Of a stretch of DNA of 64,000 nt, positions 19,401 to 28,439 are shown in pieces (the stretch's first letter is position 1; every line of letters begins with the position of its first letter). The DNA comes from a virus (Duplodnaviria > Caudoviricetes), in the IMG/VR virus record IMGVR_UViG_3300023047_000002. One strand, given 5' to 3'. A model generated the notes under the pieces. That model saw only the letters and a list, made by a program, of their open reading frames with translations, was not told the DNA's origin and made no database searches. Position numbers and translations under genes: made by a program.

Positions 19401-20178
19401 GACTGTCACGCACGGAATTACGGGCGTCCACAGTATTGTCCATAATGGCAACAGAAGTGTCTCGCGACATGTGATAATTACGACGCATTTCATCATTGAA
19501 TTGCTCAAACTTGGACAAACTGTTGGTTAAAAGACCTTGTATTTTCTTTAAAATCTCGACGATGACTGCATTCCTAGTTGCAACCATCTGTAAAGCAAGA
19601 GCCTCCTGTTCCTGTGATGTCTGACCTGTTTGGTTATCTGCTTTTGCTCCAAGACCAAAAGTATTTTGGTCAGAACTGTCATTACGCTGCATACGTAATG
19701 AATTGTCCAACGCCTGTTTGAAATTCTCTGCCTGTGTACCAATAGGTGTTCTACTCTGGTCATACTTACTTCCGCTACTTCCATTCCCCTTGCCTGAGTC
19801 AGCCATCGCAGGTAACGCATTGGTACCATTCTGAGAAGGTAATGGCGTACTTGGAGGTTGTGCAGGTTGTGGATTTGGTGTCTGTGTGCCAGGCTGAGAT
19901 TGCTGTGAGCTCCTGTTGCTTATCAGCTTGGAAAGCTCTCCCATAGCAGACGCCAGTGCGTCATTCGTTTTTTGTGTCTCTTTAATCGAGCGAAGAACAC
20001 CATTCAAAGCCTCTGCGGTCTTGCCCCAGAGTTTGGCCATGTTCTCGTCGGACTTCTTCTGCATCTCATGCAGACGTGTGTTTAGTACATCAATCCCATG
20101 ACGGACATCGTTGTCTGTTACCAGCACGGCATTTGTCTGTGTCACTGTATTCACTGTCGAAGAAGTCACTGTCGGCAT
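16411..20178 (-). CDS. Tape measure protein with C-terminal NlpC/P60-like peptidoglycan hydrolase domain
   Basis: Helical N-terminal half and Gly/Ala-rich hydrophobic stretches; DGFVCNQLV (Cys) and PGHVGI (His); lies downstream of sheath and tube. Confidence 0.8.
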   Translation of the reverse strand: MPTVTSSTVNTVTQTNAVLVTDNDVRHGIDVLNTRLHEMQKKSDENMAKLWGKTAEALNGVLRSIKETQKTNDALASAMGELSKLISNRSSQQSQPGTQTPNPQPAQPPSTPLPSQNGTNALPAMADSGKGNGSSGSKYDQSRTPIGTQAENFKQALDNSLRMQRNDSSDQNTFGLGAKADNQTGQTSQEQEALALQMVATRNAVIVEILKKIQGLLTNSLSKFEQFNDEMRRNYHMSRDTSVAIMDNTVDARNSVRDSLDVHISMEESVKAIKEQVLNNGVNAEHLNSTTRDMVVGLNKFGMKVDQNTLMTLDAMDMDSESQKQIMDQFMKMSSGDNTYRVDVSKMNEDFKYLVSLSRQQGMNNAETSKLMKEYGEAVQQNMALGISQQESQKAAMDDIRKDIQGIDMRGKDELFKDLYNIGSHAGASVNENMSMAEMVRAIRNDIANGNTDVKRAFDARIQHDMQQAGITGDQKAMDNVMKLDRIINGKEGVMVTDTEQAKKGFETPMLEQWKDNVETWIGSKFTGAVGSMWVFNGKGSTAEIITKGFNAVIFLLTAQSVSNLLSNTKIGNLLKGTGGKLGNLLKGGVTKLGSGLLKVAGPLAIIVGLVTTVVELVKGIKKTVCKEEDRREKQEELDRVTKELKDNRQRSSMAQVEGDDSSQRVYGNRATSLANQQQKIAGELIEARYKENVAKYGTVGTAVGAVSGGVAAGLASGGNPLAIGAGITGGAFAGKAGGEAIAGTLSDKNTASTRADVISAANAGQVFYNSNGNIIDKDTVTHVGEGGNVEVILPANNPERVKYLAGAMSKRADVSQDVRESFKAMADSLASSERKVSTGETNEELSDGAKSVIERMLRFASSNEGKKYELHGKKDPRDGHVWDGFVCNQLVSNAFKSIGRNDLYNRFSYGVSSIVFGYDLKEKRDKKGNVTRAARHVKGLLEDDDWVSVGFDDIKPGMIVFTGVKEKPGHVGIASGDGKYWNASGSAGKYDNPEVFLATRTKNTGVVNNKIPKKNFKYAGYFKSLFGNYSKALDFVPSGVASETDPIGDEISTSQIPLVKSSVMSSGGSDESSLKSLSLLNMISSFGLLENKYRHQSRNGILKDALVRGILSSKAGSLFTNPVMRKLLGKNFVDVTQDGDIETINPLRTFRVRDGMPTAFGSLEDGFEDYIKSIEHNYATLKELTAMQQLNYLREQSIISKNEADSIAVTESMQELSREVRELTREVKEQNRTSRTNELRNAAMPFRPAVGFGV

Positions 20179-20212
20179 GGTATAAAATCTCCAAAGAACT
20201 CAAGCAAAAATG

Positions 20213-20319
20213 AAACACGTCCATAAAGGGGTCTATTTTGCGTTATACGCTATTTTCTAACACAGACGTGTATTTACCAGGGTAAGGTCGTAACTTTTTA
20301 GTACGGCGTAAATTTGAGG
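20213..20319. repeat. 107-bp intergenic element, copy 1
   Basis: 94/107 identical, ungapped, to 31973-32079. Confidence 0.9.
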
Positions 20320-20406
20320 GGTATATAGACGAAAAATAAAAGGGGATTAACCTAACTGGAAAATCCCCTTGACGAAACCGAACCGTACTCTGAAAAGAAT
20401 CAATCA

Positions 20407-21348
20407 TTATCGAACAGAACGCAACACAAGTTTACGTCCTTCGTTCATTCGATACGAAGCCGAGTCACGAACCCAGTCAACAAATGCAGAAGCGTCCTTA
20501 ATGTCTTCAGCTGTTTTGACGGCGGTACCATCAGAGGTAATAACCATCGCCAGAGCATTGTTGTAAGGTACAACGTCTACAGTCAACTTATGAGGCATTC
20601 GGTCTTTGTCCGCATAATTTCCAGAATAAGAAACAAGCGAAGTCTCTGACAGGGATGAGCTATACACCCTTGTCAAATCAATGATGTAATCAGCACATAC
20701 GCTCTGCACAGAAGAGTCAATTGCACGTGCGATATTTTGAGATGTTTCGCGAAGATTCGTTGTAAGTGCGGTAACACCAACACCCAAATCGACAGAGTCA
20801 CCCTGAACATCGCTTTCAATGTGACCAACGAGTTCCATATATTCCGAAACCTGTGATCGAACGAAATCCAAGAAACTCTGAGAATCTATACGACTGTTAA
20901 TGACAGCCGAAATACCATCTTGACCCTCGATGTGCGTAATGATTCCACCGTTATCCACATCAACAGAAATCACCATTGCAGGTCTGTCATCCTCAGTTCC
21001 ATCAGACGAAGACGTAAGAGTGTCTGCATACGCTTTGAGATTCCAGGTTTCAGACCCGTCAGTATGATGAACAATATCCAGCGTAGCATCATTACCACAT
21101 CCGTTCTGAGTAAGAATACCATCAATGACCTTCTCCAAGGCCTCACGGGACTCTTCATCCTCAAAGATTTCAGTTGGCTTGTTCACGGTCAGTGATTCCT
21201 GCATAATTTCTGAATCCGAATCAATGTCACCATGATCAAAACTTTCGTACTTTGGTAATGAAAAGGAACGCTTGATTTCACGACCATAAACATCAGTAAG
21301 TGCTTCATTCTTATGAAGCAGGTTTGTTTCCTTATAGAGAGTAGCCAT
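20407..21348 (-). CDS. Hypothetical virion-associated protein
   Basis: Between tube and tape measure; PKYES, IMQES and C-terminal RMNEGRK tags. Confidence 0.7.
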   Translation of the reverse strand: MATLYKETNLLHKNEALTDVYGREIKRSFSLPKYESFDHGDIDSDSEIMQESLTVNKPTEIFEDEESREALEKVIDGILTQNGCGNDATLDIVHHTDGSETWNLKAYADTLTSSSDGTEDDRPAMVISVDVDNGGIITHIEGQDGISAVINSRIDSQSFLDFVRSQVSEYMELVGHIESDVQGDSVDLGVGVTALTTNLRETSQNIARAIDSSVQSVCADYIIDLTRVYSSSLSETSLVSYSGNYADKDRMPHKLTVDVVPYNNALAMVITSDGTAVKTAEDIKDASAFVDWVRDSASYRMNEGRKLVLRSVR

Positions 21349-21368
21349 AAATCTGTCCCTCCATCAGA

Positions 21369-21965
21369 TTACGAGTCAGAAGTGGCAAGGGATACACGTT
21401 CAAGACGGTCACATGAAAAACTTGCGTTTATTGTCGTGAAACCGCCCTGCGTACCCATCTGTGGAATCTGTAACGATGTTGGAAACAGACCGTAAATTTC
21501 CCATGCACGGATAACAGAAGCATCAGGTGCAAACACAAACAACGTAGCCGTTGTTTTATAATTCACTGCAAGACCCATCAGTCGGTTTCCGTCAAAATTA
21601 TAAATCAAACGGAACCAGTCAAGAAGAAGATTCTGAACATCATAACCAATGGCATCAATACACGTGATGTTGAAAGCTCCGCCCATCTGCGGGTTCGTAG
21701 CAAAGTGCACCTGGTCATTACCACGACGTACCGGTGCTGCTGTAACACCAAGCTGAGGAAGACCTACAGACTGAACAGCAAGTCGGATAACTTCCTCATC
21801 GACATTCGTGAAAGAACGACGGGTACTGTTAATTTTATCAGGGAACTGTGTTTTCGGAAGGTCGATTTTAAGTTCCCAATGTGCGTCACGTTGAGGTTCC
21901 CAGTTTACACTGTTTGAGAAATGAGACGCACCGTAATACTGCGATAATTTTACATTGTCAGGCAT
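21369..21965 (-). CDS. Tail tube protein (T4 gp19-like)
   Basis: 198 aa; V.LP..., F.IT..D, W..LIYN, YK....L, WEIYGLFPT, FSCD pattern; lies downstream of sheath. Confidence 0.85.
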   Translation of the reverse strand: MPDNVKLSQYYGASHFSNSVNWEPQRDAHWELKIDLPKTQFPDKINSTRRSFTNVDEEVIRLAVQSVGLPQLGVTAAPVRRGNDQVHFATNPQMGGAFNITCIDAIGYDVQNLLLDWFRLIYNFDGNRLMGLAVNYKTTATLFVFAPDASVIRAWEIYGLFPTSLQIPQMGTQGGFTTINASFSCDRLERVSLATSDS

Positions 21966-21985
21966 GATAAACCTCCTACTGATTA

Positions 21986-23116
21986 CTATTTCAGACGGTT
22001 GCGTCCGTTATACTTACCAGAAACACCAGGGCACATGCGTGTAAGTTTGACACCGTTTACATGAGCTTCAGTCATGACAGTCATCTGATGATTCTTAGCA
22101 TAAATGCGAATGTCGTTCGGATCTTCATTATTCGATTCCTGCGACAAAATGTCTGGGTTGACGTCCAACACATTTTCTTTCTTGGCATCTTTGTCAGAAT
22201 CACCTTCGATTTTATCCTCAGATTCCGAGAAATGGATATCATCACCGTCAGGAATAACCGAATTATCAGGAATCGCTTCTACAAGAGAGTTCAAATCAGG
22301 TACCTGAGTGTTGATTTCCTCTTCATCTTTCTTTCGTCTTTCAGGTGACTTTGACCACATCATAGCTTCACGAAAAGCACTCGTTGCACTCGAATCATCC
22401 GTGAAGTCTTCGAACTCTTTCGTTTTTGTGTAAATCTTTGCGAAAGGTTGGTCACCGCATTCAACGCAGACATCTACTCCTGCATTGTAAGCCTGCGCAC
22501 AAACTTTCATTGCATCCTGAAGCGAGTCAAATTCACCGCTGTACTTCTTACGTGTAGCTGAATGCTCACGAGTAATACACGACACCTTGTAAATAGGATG
22601 GTCATCTTCATTTGCCGATGCTTTGCAGATAGAAGAAACCTTGTGCACTTTCTCAGACTTCACTTTCATGCTTATAAGGCGAAGAGATTCAGACTTTCGT
22701 TTGCTGAGAAAGCAAATACGTGACGCTTTCATTGTGTCAGCATTAAGAGTGCCCTCGATACAAATAAGGCAACCTTTCTCAAGCGATTTGAGACAGCTCT
22801 CTGCAAGGTCACCTTTCGACACTTTAATGTGATAAGTTAAGACTTTTGTTTTATGGTCCTTATCAACAGTCGTGTTCATAACATCAAACATCAACGAACG
22901 CTTCATTTCGAGAGGGCTGCTGATACGACCGATGATGATGTCCTTTGTTCTTGCTTCGACAGCAAGGTCTTCCTCTGTTGCACCCATTGTTTTGCACAGA
23001 ATGTCGAACTCTTTTCGGTCTTCTGCTTCAACCAGAGAATCAGAAATCTCTGTTTTTTCATAACGCCGTACCGACATACGCTGCACACTATTTTTATGCT
23101 CTCGTTTAATAAGCAT
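21986..23116 (-). CDS. Hypothetical protein with SSB-like OB-fold segment and basic..Glu tags
   Basis: ATG 23116 with AGGAG RBS; IIIGRI..P.E and GDLAESCLKSLEKGCLICIEGTL resemble SSB. Confidence 0.6.
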   Translation of the reverse strand: MLIKREHKNSVQRMSVRRYEKTEISDSLVEAEDRKEFDILCKTMGATEEDLAVEARTKDIIIGRISSPLEMKRSLMFDVMNTTVDKDHKTKVLTYHIKVSKGDLAESCLKSLEKGCLICIEGTLNADTMKASRICFLSKRKSESLRLISMKVKSEKVHKVSSICKASANEDDHPIYKVSCITREHSATRKKYSGEFDSLQDAMKVCAQAYNAGVDVCVECGDQPFAKIYTKTKEFEDFTDDSSATSAFREAMMWSKSPERRKKDEEEINTQVPDLNSLVEAIPDNSVIPDGDDIHFSESEDKIEGDSDKDAKKENVLDVNPDILSQESNNEDPNDIRIYAKNHQMTVMTEAHVNGVKLTRMCPGVSGKYNGRNRLK

Positions 23117-23252
23117 GGTTTTATCTCCTATATCGTATGAATTATTCAGAATTTCAAATTCACAATCCATGTAAACGTCCTGTACGGCGAGTAAACAGAT
23201 CCCAGAATTTACTGTCTGTTTCGATAGCCGTACAGGATATAACAGTGGTGTC

Positions 23253-26219
23253 TTAGATTGCTCCGGATTCAACTGTATTTGCTGACGAATCAACAATGAA
23301 ATCAACAGTAAAGATTTCAGCATCAGGAACGAACTGTAAATGAATCACGCCGTTGATTTTACGCTGTGCAATCAATTCTGGTGATGTCGTGTCGAAACCC
23401 ATTGCAACAGAATACTGTGCAAGACCTCCAAGTGCGTATATAGGTTCAAGAATGCTTGAAGAAACGTACTGTTTCCATTTCTGCCAAAGAGAACGGTCAT
23501 TAAGCGAGAATGTCAGTGTGTTCGTATACCGATCAACCTGCTGGTGGATATACACGAGAGTTCTTGCGATATGGGCTGCACTCAAATCGGTGTATTTGTA
23601 ATTCAAGGTTTCATTTCCGTAAATTTGAACACCAAGTACGCCCAAATCGAAAATAGGATTGATTCGATGATTGATAAGTTTATTTCGTTCTGTCTTTGTG
23701 GATGGATTGCGAATAACAGAAACACCGTCAGGAAGTTTACCACCCTGCTCACCGGCAACAGGATAGAACGTACCACGTGTACGATATGAAGCAAGGCCAC
23801 GCATGATGACGAGATAACATGGCGACATGTCAACACGTACAGTATTCGAAAGGACACCGTTATTCAGTTTCTGACAGGTCACACGAACCCAATCCCAATA
23901 CATCTCACAGTAAAAACTCTGATCACCATAAGTAACAGGCTCAGACATGCCGTATTCCCATAGGTCAGAAAATTCACCAAGAGAGTTTACCCAGTTGCAC
24001 GCATCATCCAGCGACATACCATATGGAGTTGTAAATATGCATGTCAAATCCTTACGGTCAGCTGCAATCTGTTTTAGGTAGTAATGTAATACACGTCTTG
24101 GAGACTCCTCCTCCTCTATTTTTTCAGGAAGATGGACAAGGTTTCCATCTTCATCTGTAACCATCGCAGAAAGCTCGGAAATAAAACATCCGTTATATGC
24201 AGGATTCTTGAACTCTTCAAAAGCACGCTGATAATCACCAACACCGAACGCCATTTTGCCCTGTGATAGAATAATTGGTTCTCCACAAGTATGTCCGCTT
24301 TTAACGACCGAACGTAAAGTCTCCACAACATCCGTACCATTAGCCTCATAGGGTTCCATGAGCGTAAACGACAGATAACTGCCCAATACAGAGTTCAACG
24401 ACTCCATGAAAGCACCGTTTGATAAACCCTCCGCCAGTGAAACACGTGTTGAAACAATCACATTCTGGTCAGGATTCGATTCATCATAATGAGAATACAG
24501 ACGCACATCCATTGCATACAGACCCAAAGATTTCGGTTTTAGCTGTATCAATTTTGTCATCAAGTAGAGTTCATCTGTGATACTCGAAATAACATCAGCA
24601 TAAGGCTTTGTCGCAGCCGTGTGTTTAACAGAAACCTCAAGACCATCTGTGAAAGGGATTTCAACACCCTCAGAATTCTTCTGCTTCTGGAATGTGACTT
24701 TTGTCTTGATTTCGCTGTCAACCATAACGGTCTCGACCTTGTAGTCAATCCCATCAACCATGTATGTGCACGACACAGGGCTGTTAGCCACATAAAGCCG
24801 TGTTTCACCAGAACCAGTAGATGCAAACGTAATCAGATTATTTGTCTTCGCATCTTCGTATTCCGTTGCATCGTAAAGTACTTCACCACCTAAAAGCGTG
24901 CAGGGCACGACACCCGGTAGAAAACGACCAAGCATGTCATCCGTTTTTACAGAAGCATCAACAGGATTACGTTTTTGATTGATTGCACATGCTAGTGCAA
25001 CATTCATCCCGAACTTCGTATTTGTTGAAGCCATCTTAACGCTTGACGGATATGTTGCAAACATACCGACAGGTGCAAGAGCACCCGAAGTGTCCGACCC
25101 AGTAGAGACTCTCGACAGAATCACGACATAATCATTGTCTTCAATGGCACTCTTGACATCTTCCTGCGAATACCAGTCAGTGTCGGTCGTGTCTATGGCA
25201 ATAATGGATTTCTGTGAAGCCCCCATAGCTGAAAGTTTCCCGAAAGCGTCTGCAAGATCAAATTCAGGTTCAGACGAAGGGAACGGAACAAAAATAAATT
25301 CGCCACACCCCGCAGAATTGAACCAGTACGTAATAATCTCATACACAGGCGAACTGTCATCAATTCCATAAATATTGCGAAGTTTAGCCAAGTCTCCGAT
25401 TTTCCAGATACCATGATAGTTACCGACGCCACCCTCAAGGGCAGTCCAGTCCGATAGCTCAGTTAAAAGCTCTTCATCGCTCTTGTCAAAAGAACCATAC
25501 ACTACAGTGTTTGAGTCAAACGAGTTAGCAACTGTATCACCACTGGAAGAAAGATTTTCAATCTCTTTGTATCCATCAGAACCCTTTTCACCTACATGTA
25601 CTGTATAAATGCTTCCTGTTTCGACACCATCCTGCATGGTGGATTCACGTGAAACCTTGACAGCAATGTTGTTACCGAAAGCACCCATTCGACGCATAAA
25701 AATTGTATTGGTTGAATCAAGTTCTTTCTTGGCTACCTTGTCAAGCGTACCGAAAGCAGTCTCGAAACCAAGCACAGGAATCCCATTCCCATTCGTTATA
25801 TCTGAAAGTTTCGTGTAACCGTCAATAAGAAGAACACCGTCTTCATCTGTACGCATTATATCTGTGAAAGTGTCTTTCTTTGAATCATCATTCAACAGAC
25901 AAATAAACTCAGCAGGATCACCAGAGGGTACTTTGCTGATATAAACAGAAAAACCAGTACGTACAATTTCACGAACTGCATAAAGGTCACGATACTTTTC
26001 AGGGTCAATACGTGGGTCACCAAACACACGGTCAAGCGTGTCTGTATCTTGAATAAATACAGGTTCATAAACAAGTTCCTCCGAATCTGACTTGGGCTTC
26101 GGTCCCCACGGCGTGACACACGCGAACAGTCCGGCGAAATCGGGTGCGTTCTTGATAAGCGAATTGTCCTTGATATATGTCTGGACATACGCCGCCTCTC
26201 TCGTAGTTGTAGGTTTCAT
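23253..26219 (-). CDS. Contractile tail sheath protein (gp18-like) with large insertion
   Basis: N-terminal TPWGP..EPVFI..LDRVFGDP; C-terminal PVAG..G, INPI, IYGNETL, F..ND..W, F.PDAE. Confidence 0.9.
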   Translation of the reverse strand: MKPTTTREAAYVQTYIKDNSLIKNAPDFAGLFACVTPWGPKPKSDSEELVYEPVFIQDTDTLDRVFGDPRIDPEKYRDLYAVREIVRTGFSVYISKVPSGDPAEFICLLNDDSKKDTFTDIMRTDEDGVLLIDGYTKLSDITNGNGIPVLGFETAFGTLDKVAKKELDSTNTIFMRRMGAFGNNIAVKVSRESTMQDGVETGSIYTVHVGEKGSDGYKEIENLSSSGDTVANSFDSNTVVYGSFDKSDEELLTELSDWTALEGGVGNYHGIWKIGDLAKLRNIYGIDDSSPVYEIITYWFNSAGCGEFIFVPFPSSEPEFDLADAFGKLSAMGASQKSIIAIDTTDTDWYSQEDVKSAIEDNDYVVILSRVSTGSDTSGALAPVGMFATYPSSVKMASTNTKFGMNVALACAINQKRNPVDASVKTDDMLGRFLPGVVPCTLLGGEVLYDATEYEDAKTNNLITFASTGSGETRLYVANSPVSCTYMVDGIDYKVETVMVDSEIKTKVTFQKQKNSEGVEIPFTDGLEVSVKHTAATKPYADVISSITDELYLMTKLIQLKPKSLGLYAMDVRLYSHYDESNPDQNVIVSTRVSLAEGLSNGAFMESLNSVLGSYLSFTLMEPYEANGTDVVETLRSVVKSGHTCGEPIILSQGKMAFGVGDYQRAFEEFKNPAYNGCFISELSAMVTDEDGNLVHLPEKIEEEESPRRVLHYYLKQIAADRKDLTCIFTTPYGMSLDDACNWVNSLGEFSDLWEYGMSEPVTYGDQSFYCEMYWDWVRVTCQKLNNGVLSNTVRVDMSPCYLVIMRGLASYRTRGTFYPVAGEQGGKLPDGVSVIRNPSTKTERNKLINHRINPIFDLGVLGVQIYGNETLNYKYTDLSAAHIARTLVYIHQQVDRYTNTLTFSLNDRSLWQKWKQYVSSSILEPIYALGGLAQYSVAMGFDTTSPELIAQRKINGVIHLQFVPDAEIFTVDFIVDSSANTVESGAI

Positions 26220-26412
26220 AAGCATCTCCTTTTCGTTGTACAACGTAAAATCGTGCCCGTGCGGGTCAGCACCGATGTGCGCACAACAGGTGAAGACCTT
26301 AGATGCACATACGGCACGTAAATATATACGTCAAAATTTGATAAATAAACGTCATGATGTGCTTATGGCTAGGAAACAAAGACACATAAGACTTTCAGAC
26401 ATATACTGTCGG

Positions 26413-26595
26413 TCACTCGCCAACAGGTACAATGCGTGTCTCTATGCGATGGTCTTCACCACGAAGACATAGCAAAAAGTTTGTCCAGACACGACCCCTA
26501 AATGCATTGAAATGAGCAACAATGTATGAATCAAACGTCTTATACTGACGCCATTCAGAATCATTAACACGTTTCAGTTCAATCTGATACTTCAT
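26413..26595 (-). CDS. Small hypothetical protein
   Basis: 60-aa ORF with AAGGA RBS. Confidence 0.5.
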   Translation of the reverse strand: MKYQIELKRVNDSEWRQYKTFDSYIVAHFNAFRGRVWTNFLLCLRGEDHRIETRIVPVGE

Positions 26596-26619
26596 TGCAC
26601 TCAATCCTTTCAAAAAAGA

Positions 26620-26655
26620 AAAAGCCCGTTAGACAATATTGTCTAACGGGCTTTT
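26620..26655. terminator. Bidirectional rho-independent terminator
   Basis: AAAAGCCCGTTAGACAAT/ATTGTCTAACGGGCTTTT. Confidence 0.8.
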
Positions 26656-26681
26656 GATTTCACATAGAAGTAAATCTACAT

Positions 26682-27377
26682 TTAACAACGACGATAACGA
26701 CGTGTTCTCATCGTAGTTTTGCGTGATTCCTTGGCATCTTCTAAGGATTCTTCAAGGTTCTCAATAATGTCGTCAAGTTCGCCACAGACTGAGCTATAAA
26801 CATCATCAGCTTCGCCGGACACTTTGTCGTTGTAATACTCAACTTCCCACTGCAAATGTTTCACGCCAATAGCAAATACATTTTCAAAGTCTTCATCTGA
26901 ATTGATCACAGGAATGCCGTTGTCCAAAAACTGAACATCATCCTCGAATGAGAGGTCATCAAAAAGATCCGCAAAGGGAACTTCAATTTCATCAACACGA
27001 CCATGATCGTTCATGGCATAAGCAACGTCTTCGTCGAAATTGATGTCACGATATTCTTTTGCTTCATCCAGAGCTTCCTGAATAGCACTACGTGAGTTAT
27101 CTGCGGACATGAACGTATGACCTGTAACATCGCTAAGACGCAAAGATTCCGGATAAACCGTATGGAAAATCAGTGAGGTTTCCGTCACATCTTCGAGTTT
27201 CATGTAACCTTCATAAGGAAGTTCCTGACCGATACTGTCTCTTGTGGAAACATAGACTGAATCCCCGTCACTTGAACCACACTGGTCAAATGCTTCTGCC
27301 ACCATATCGTAAAAGTCGTCGCGGCCAATCTGCTTACGGCTTTCAAATTTACGTCTATTTCGTTGTTTCTTAATCAT
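26682..27377 (-). CDS. Acidic protein with basic N- and C-terminal tags (candidate internal head protein)
   Basis: MIKKQRNRRKFES... and ...AKESRKTTMRTRRYRRC. Confidence 0.75.
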   Translation of the reverse strand: MIKKQRNRRKFESRKQIGRDDFYDMVAEAFDQCGSSDGDSVYVSTRDSIGQELPYEGYMKLEDVTETSLIFHTVYPESLRLSDVTGHTFMSADNSRSAIQEALDEAKEYRDINFDEDVAYAMNDHGRVDEIEVPFADLFDDLSFEDDVQFLDNGIPVINSDEDFENVFAIGVKHLQWEVEYYNDKVSGEADDVYSSVCGELDDIIENLEESLEDAKESRKTTMRTRRYRRC

Positions 27378-27378
27378 A

Positions 27379-28002
27379 CTAAACCTCCTCACCATTATCG
27401 TAATCATCAGGATAAATACCGTCGAGAAGGTAATCATTCGGGTTGACTTCTTCGATACGAAGGTTTTCACGTACATAAAGCTGTGGATCAACGTACAGAT
27501 AACCATAGGCGTCCAAGGCCTGATCGCAGAGATCATACCAACGGTCATCACCAATACGGTTACAGATTTCATCCATGCTCATGTCTTTTATGCTTTCGAC
27601 TTCTTCAGGTGTAAAGCCATATTTCTCAGGGTCATCGAGAATGGCGTCACGTGCATAATCACCCTGAATGTCATAGATTTCATCATCAGGAACGAGCAGG
27701 TAGCTCGCGTTTTCTGCGCACCAACCGACAGCAGTTTCAAGAATCGTTTCAAGAGCACTATCGCTACCCCATACGAGCATCGTGTCAAGGAAGTATCCAT
27801 GACCGGGCCAAATACCTACCTGAAAGAGATGATCGCAGTAATTGGCATCCTCTGGATTGATGCATCCGAACGTCGTGCGCATCTCACGTTCTTTACCATC
27901 GTAACTGCTCACGTAACCCTCGCAACGACGCTTTCCAGAAGTTTTCTGCTGTGCGCTTGAGTAATGTGTTCGTAACGTGTGTTTCTTAACTTCTTTGACC
28001 AT
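27379..28002 (-). CDS. Acidic protein with basic N-terminal tag
   Basis: GGAGGA RBS; MVKEVKK...GKRRCEG. Confidence 0.75.
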   Translation of the reverse strand: MVKEVKKHTLRTHYSSAQQKTSGKRRCEGYVSSYDGKEREMRTTFGCINPEDANYCDHLFQVGIWPGHGYFLDTMLVWGSDSALETILETAVGWCAENASYLLVPDDEIYDIQGDYARDAILDDPEKYGFTPEEVESIKDMSMDEICNRIGDDRWYDLCDQALDAYGYLYVDPQLYVRENLRIEEVNPNDYLLDGIYPDDYDNGEEV

Positions 28003-28321
28003 AACCAAATCCTCCCAAGAGATTATTCACTAAAGGCGAAACCATTATATACTTCAAAAATGACGATACCCACGACCGCAGCACCATCAAAGTATCGTTG
28101 TAATACATCTGCCGGAACCTAATGTCATGTTTGAAGTAAAACTCATGCCGTACCTCGTCATACGAAATACTGCGCAAAACTCTGTCACACTCCATTAATT
28201 TTGATTTCCGAAGTTCCATTTTTGGTATCTGCACAAAACACAAAATGCCTTGTGCCTGAACACGTTTAACAAGAACATCGGCATAACCGTTGTCGTATGG
28301 GTTCCTAATTGCAAATCTCAT
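27986..28321 (-). CDS. Hypothetical protein
   Basis: 111-aa ORF starting MRFAIRNP. Confidence 0.55.
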   Translation of the reverse strand: MRFAIRNPYDNGYADVLVKRVQAQGILCFVQIPKMELRKSKLMECDRVLRSISYDEVRHEFYFKHDIRFRQMYYNDTLMVLRSWVSSFLKYIMVSPLVNNLLGGFGYGQRS

Positions 28322-28336
28322 AGTACGACCGACCTG

Positions 28337-28377
28337 TGGTGCTGTGAAACAAAAGACACACATAAGTATGATAGAAC
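28337..28377 (+). promoter_or_regulatory. TGGTGCTG-box promoter upstream of 28440
   Basis: TGGTGCTG, 27 nt, then TG-a-TAGAAC. Confidence 0.65.
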
Positions 28378-28439
28378 TAATAGACGAGACCAAAAGTCTT
28401 GGTCTTTTTGTTACTCACATGTGACTCAGAGGTAATGAC

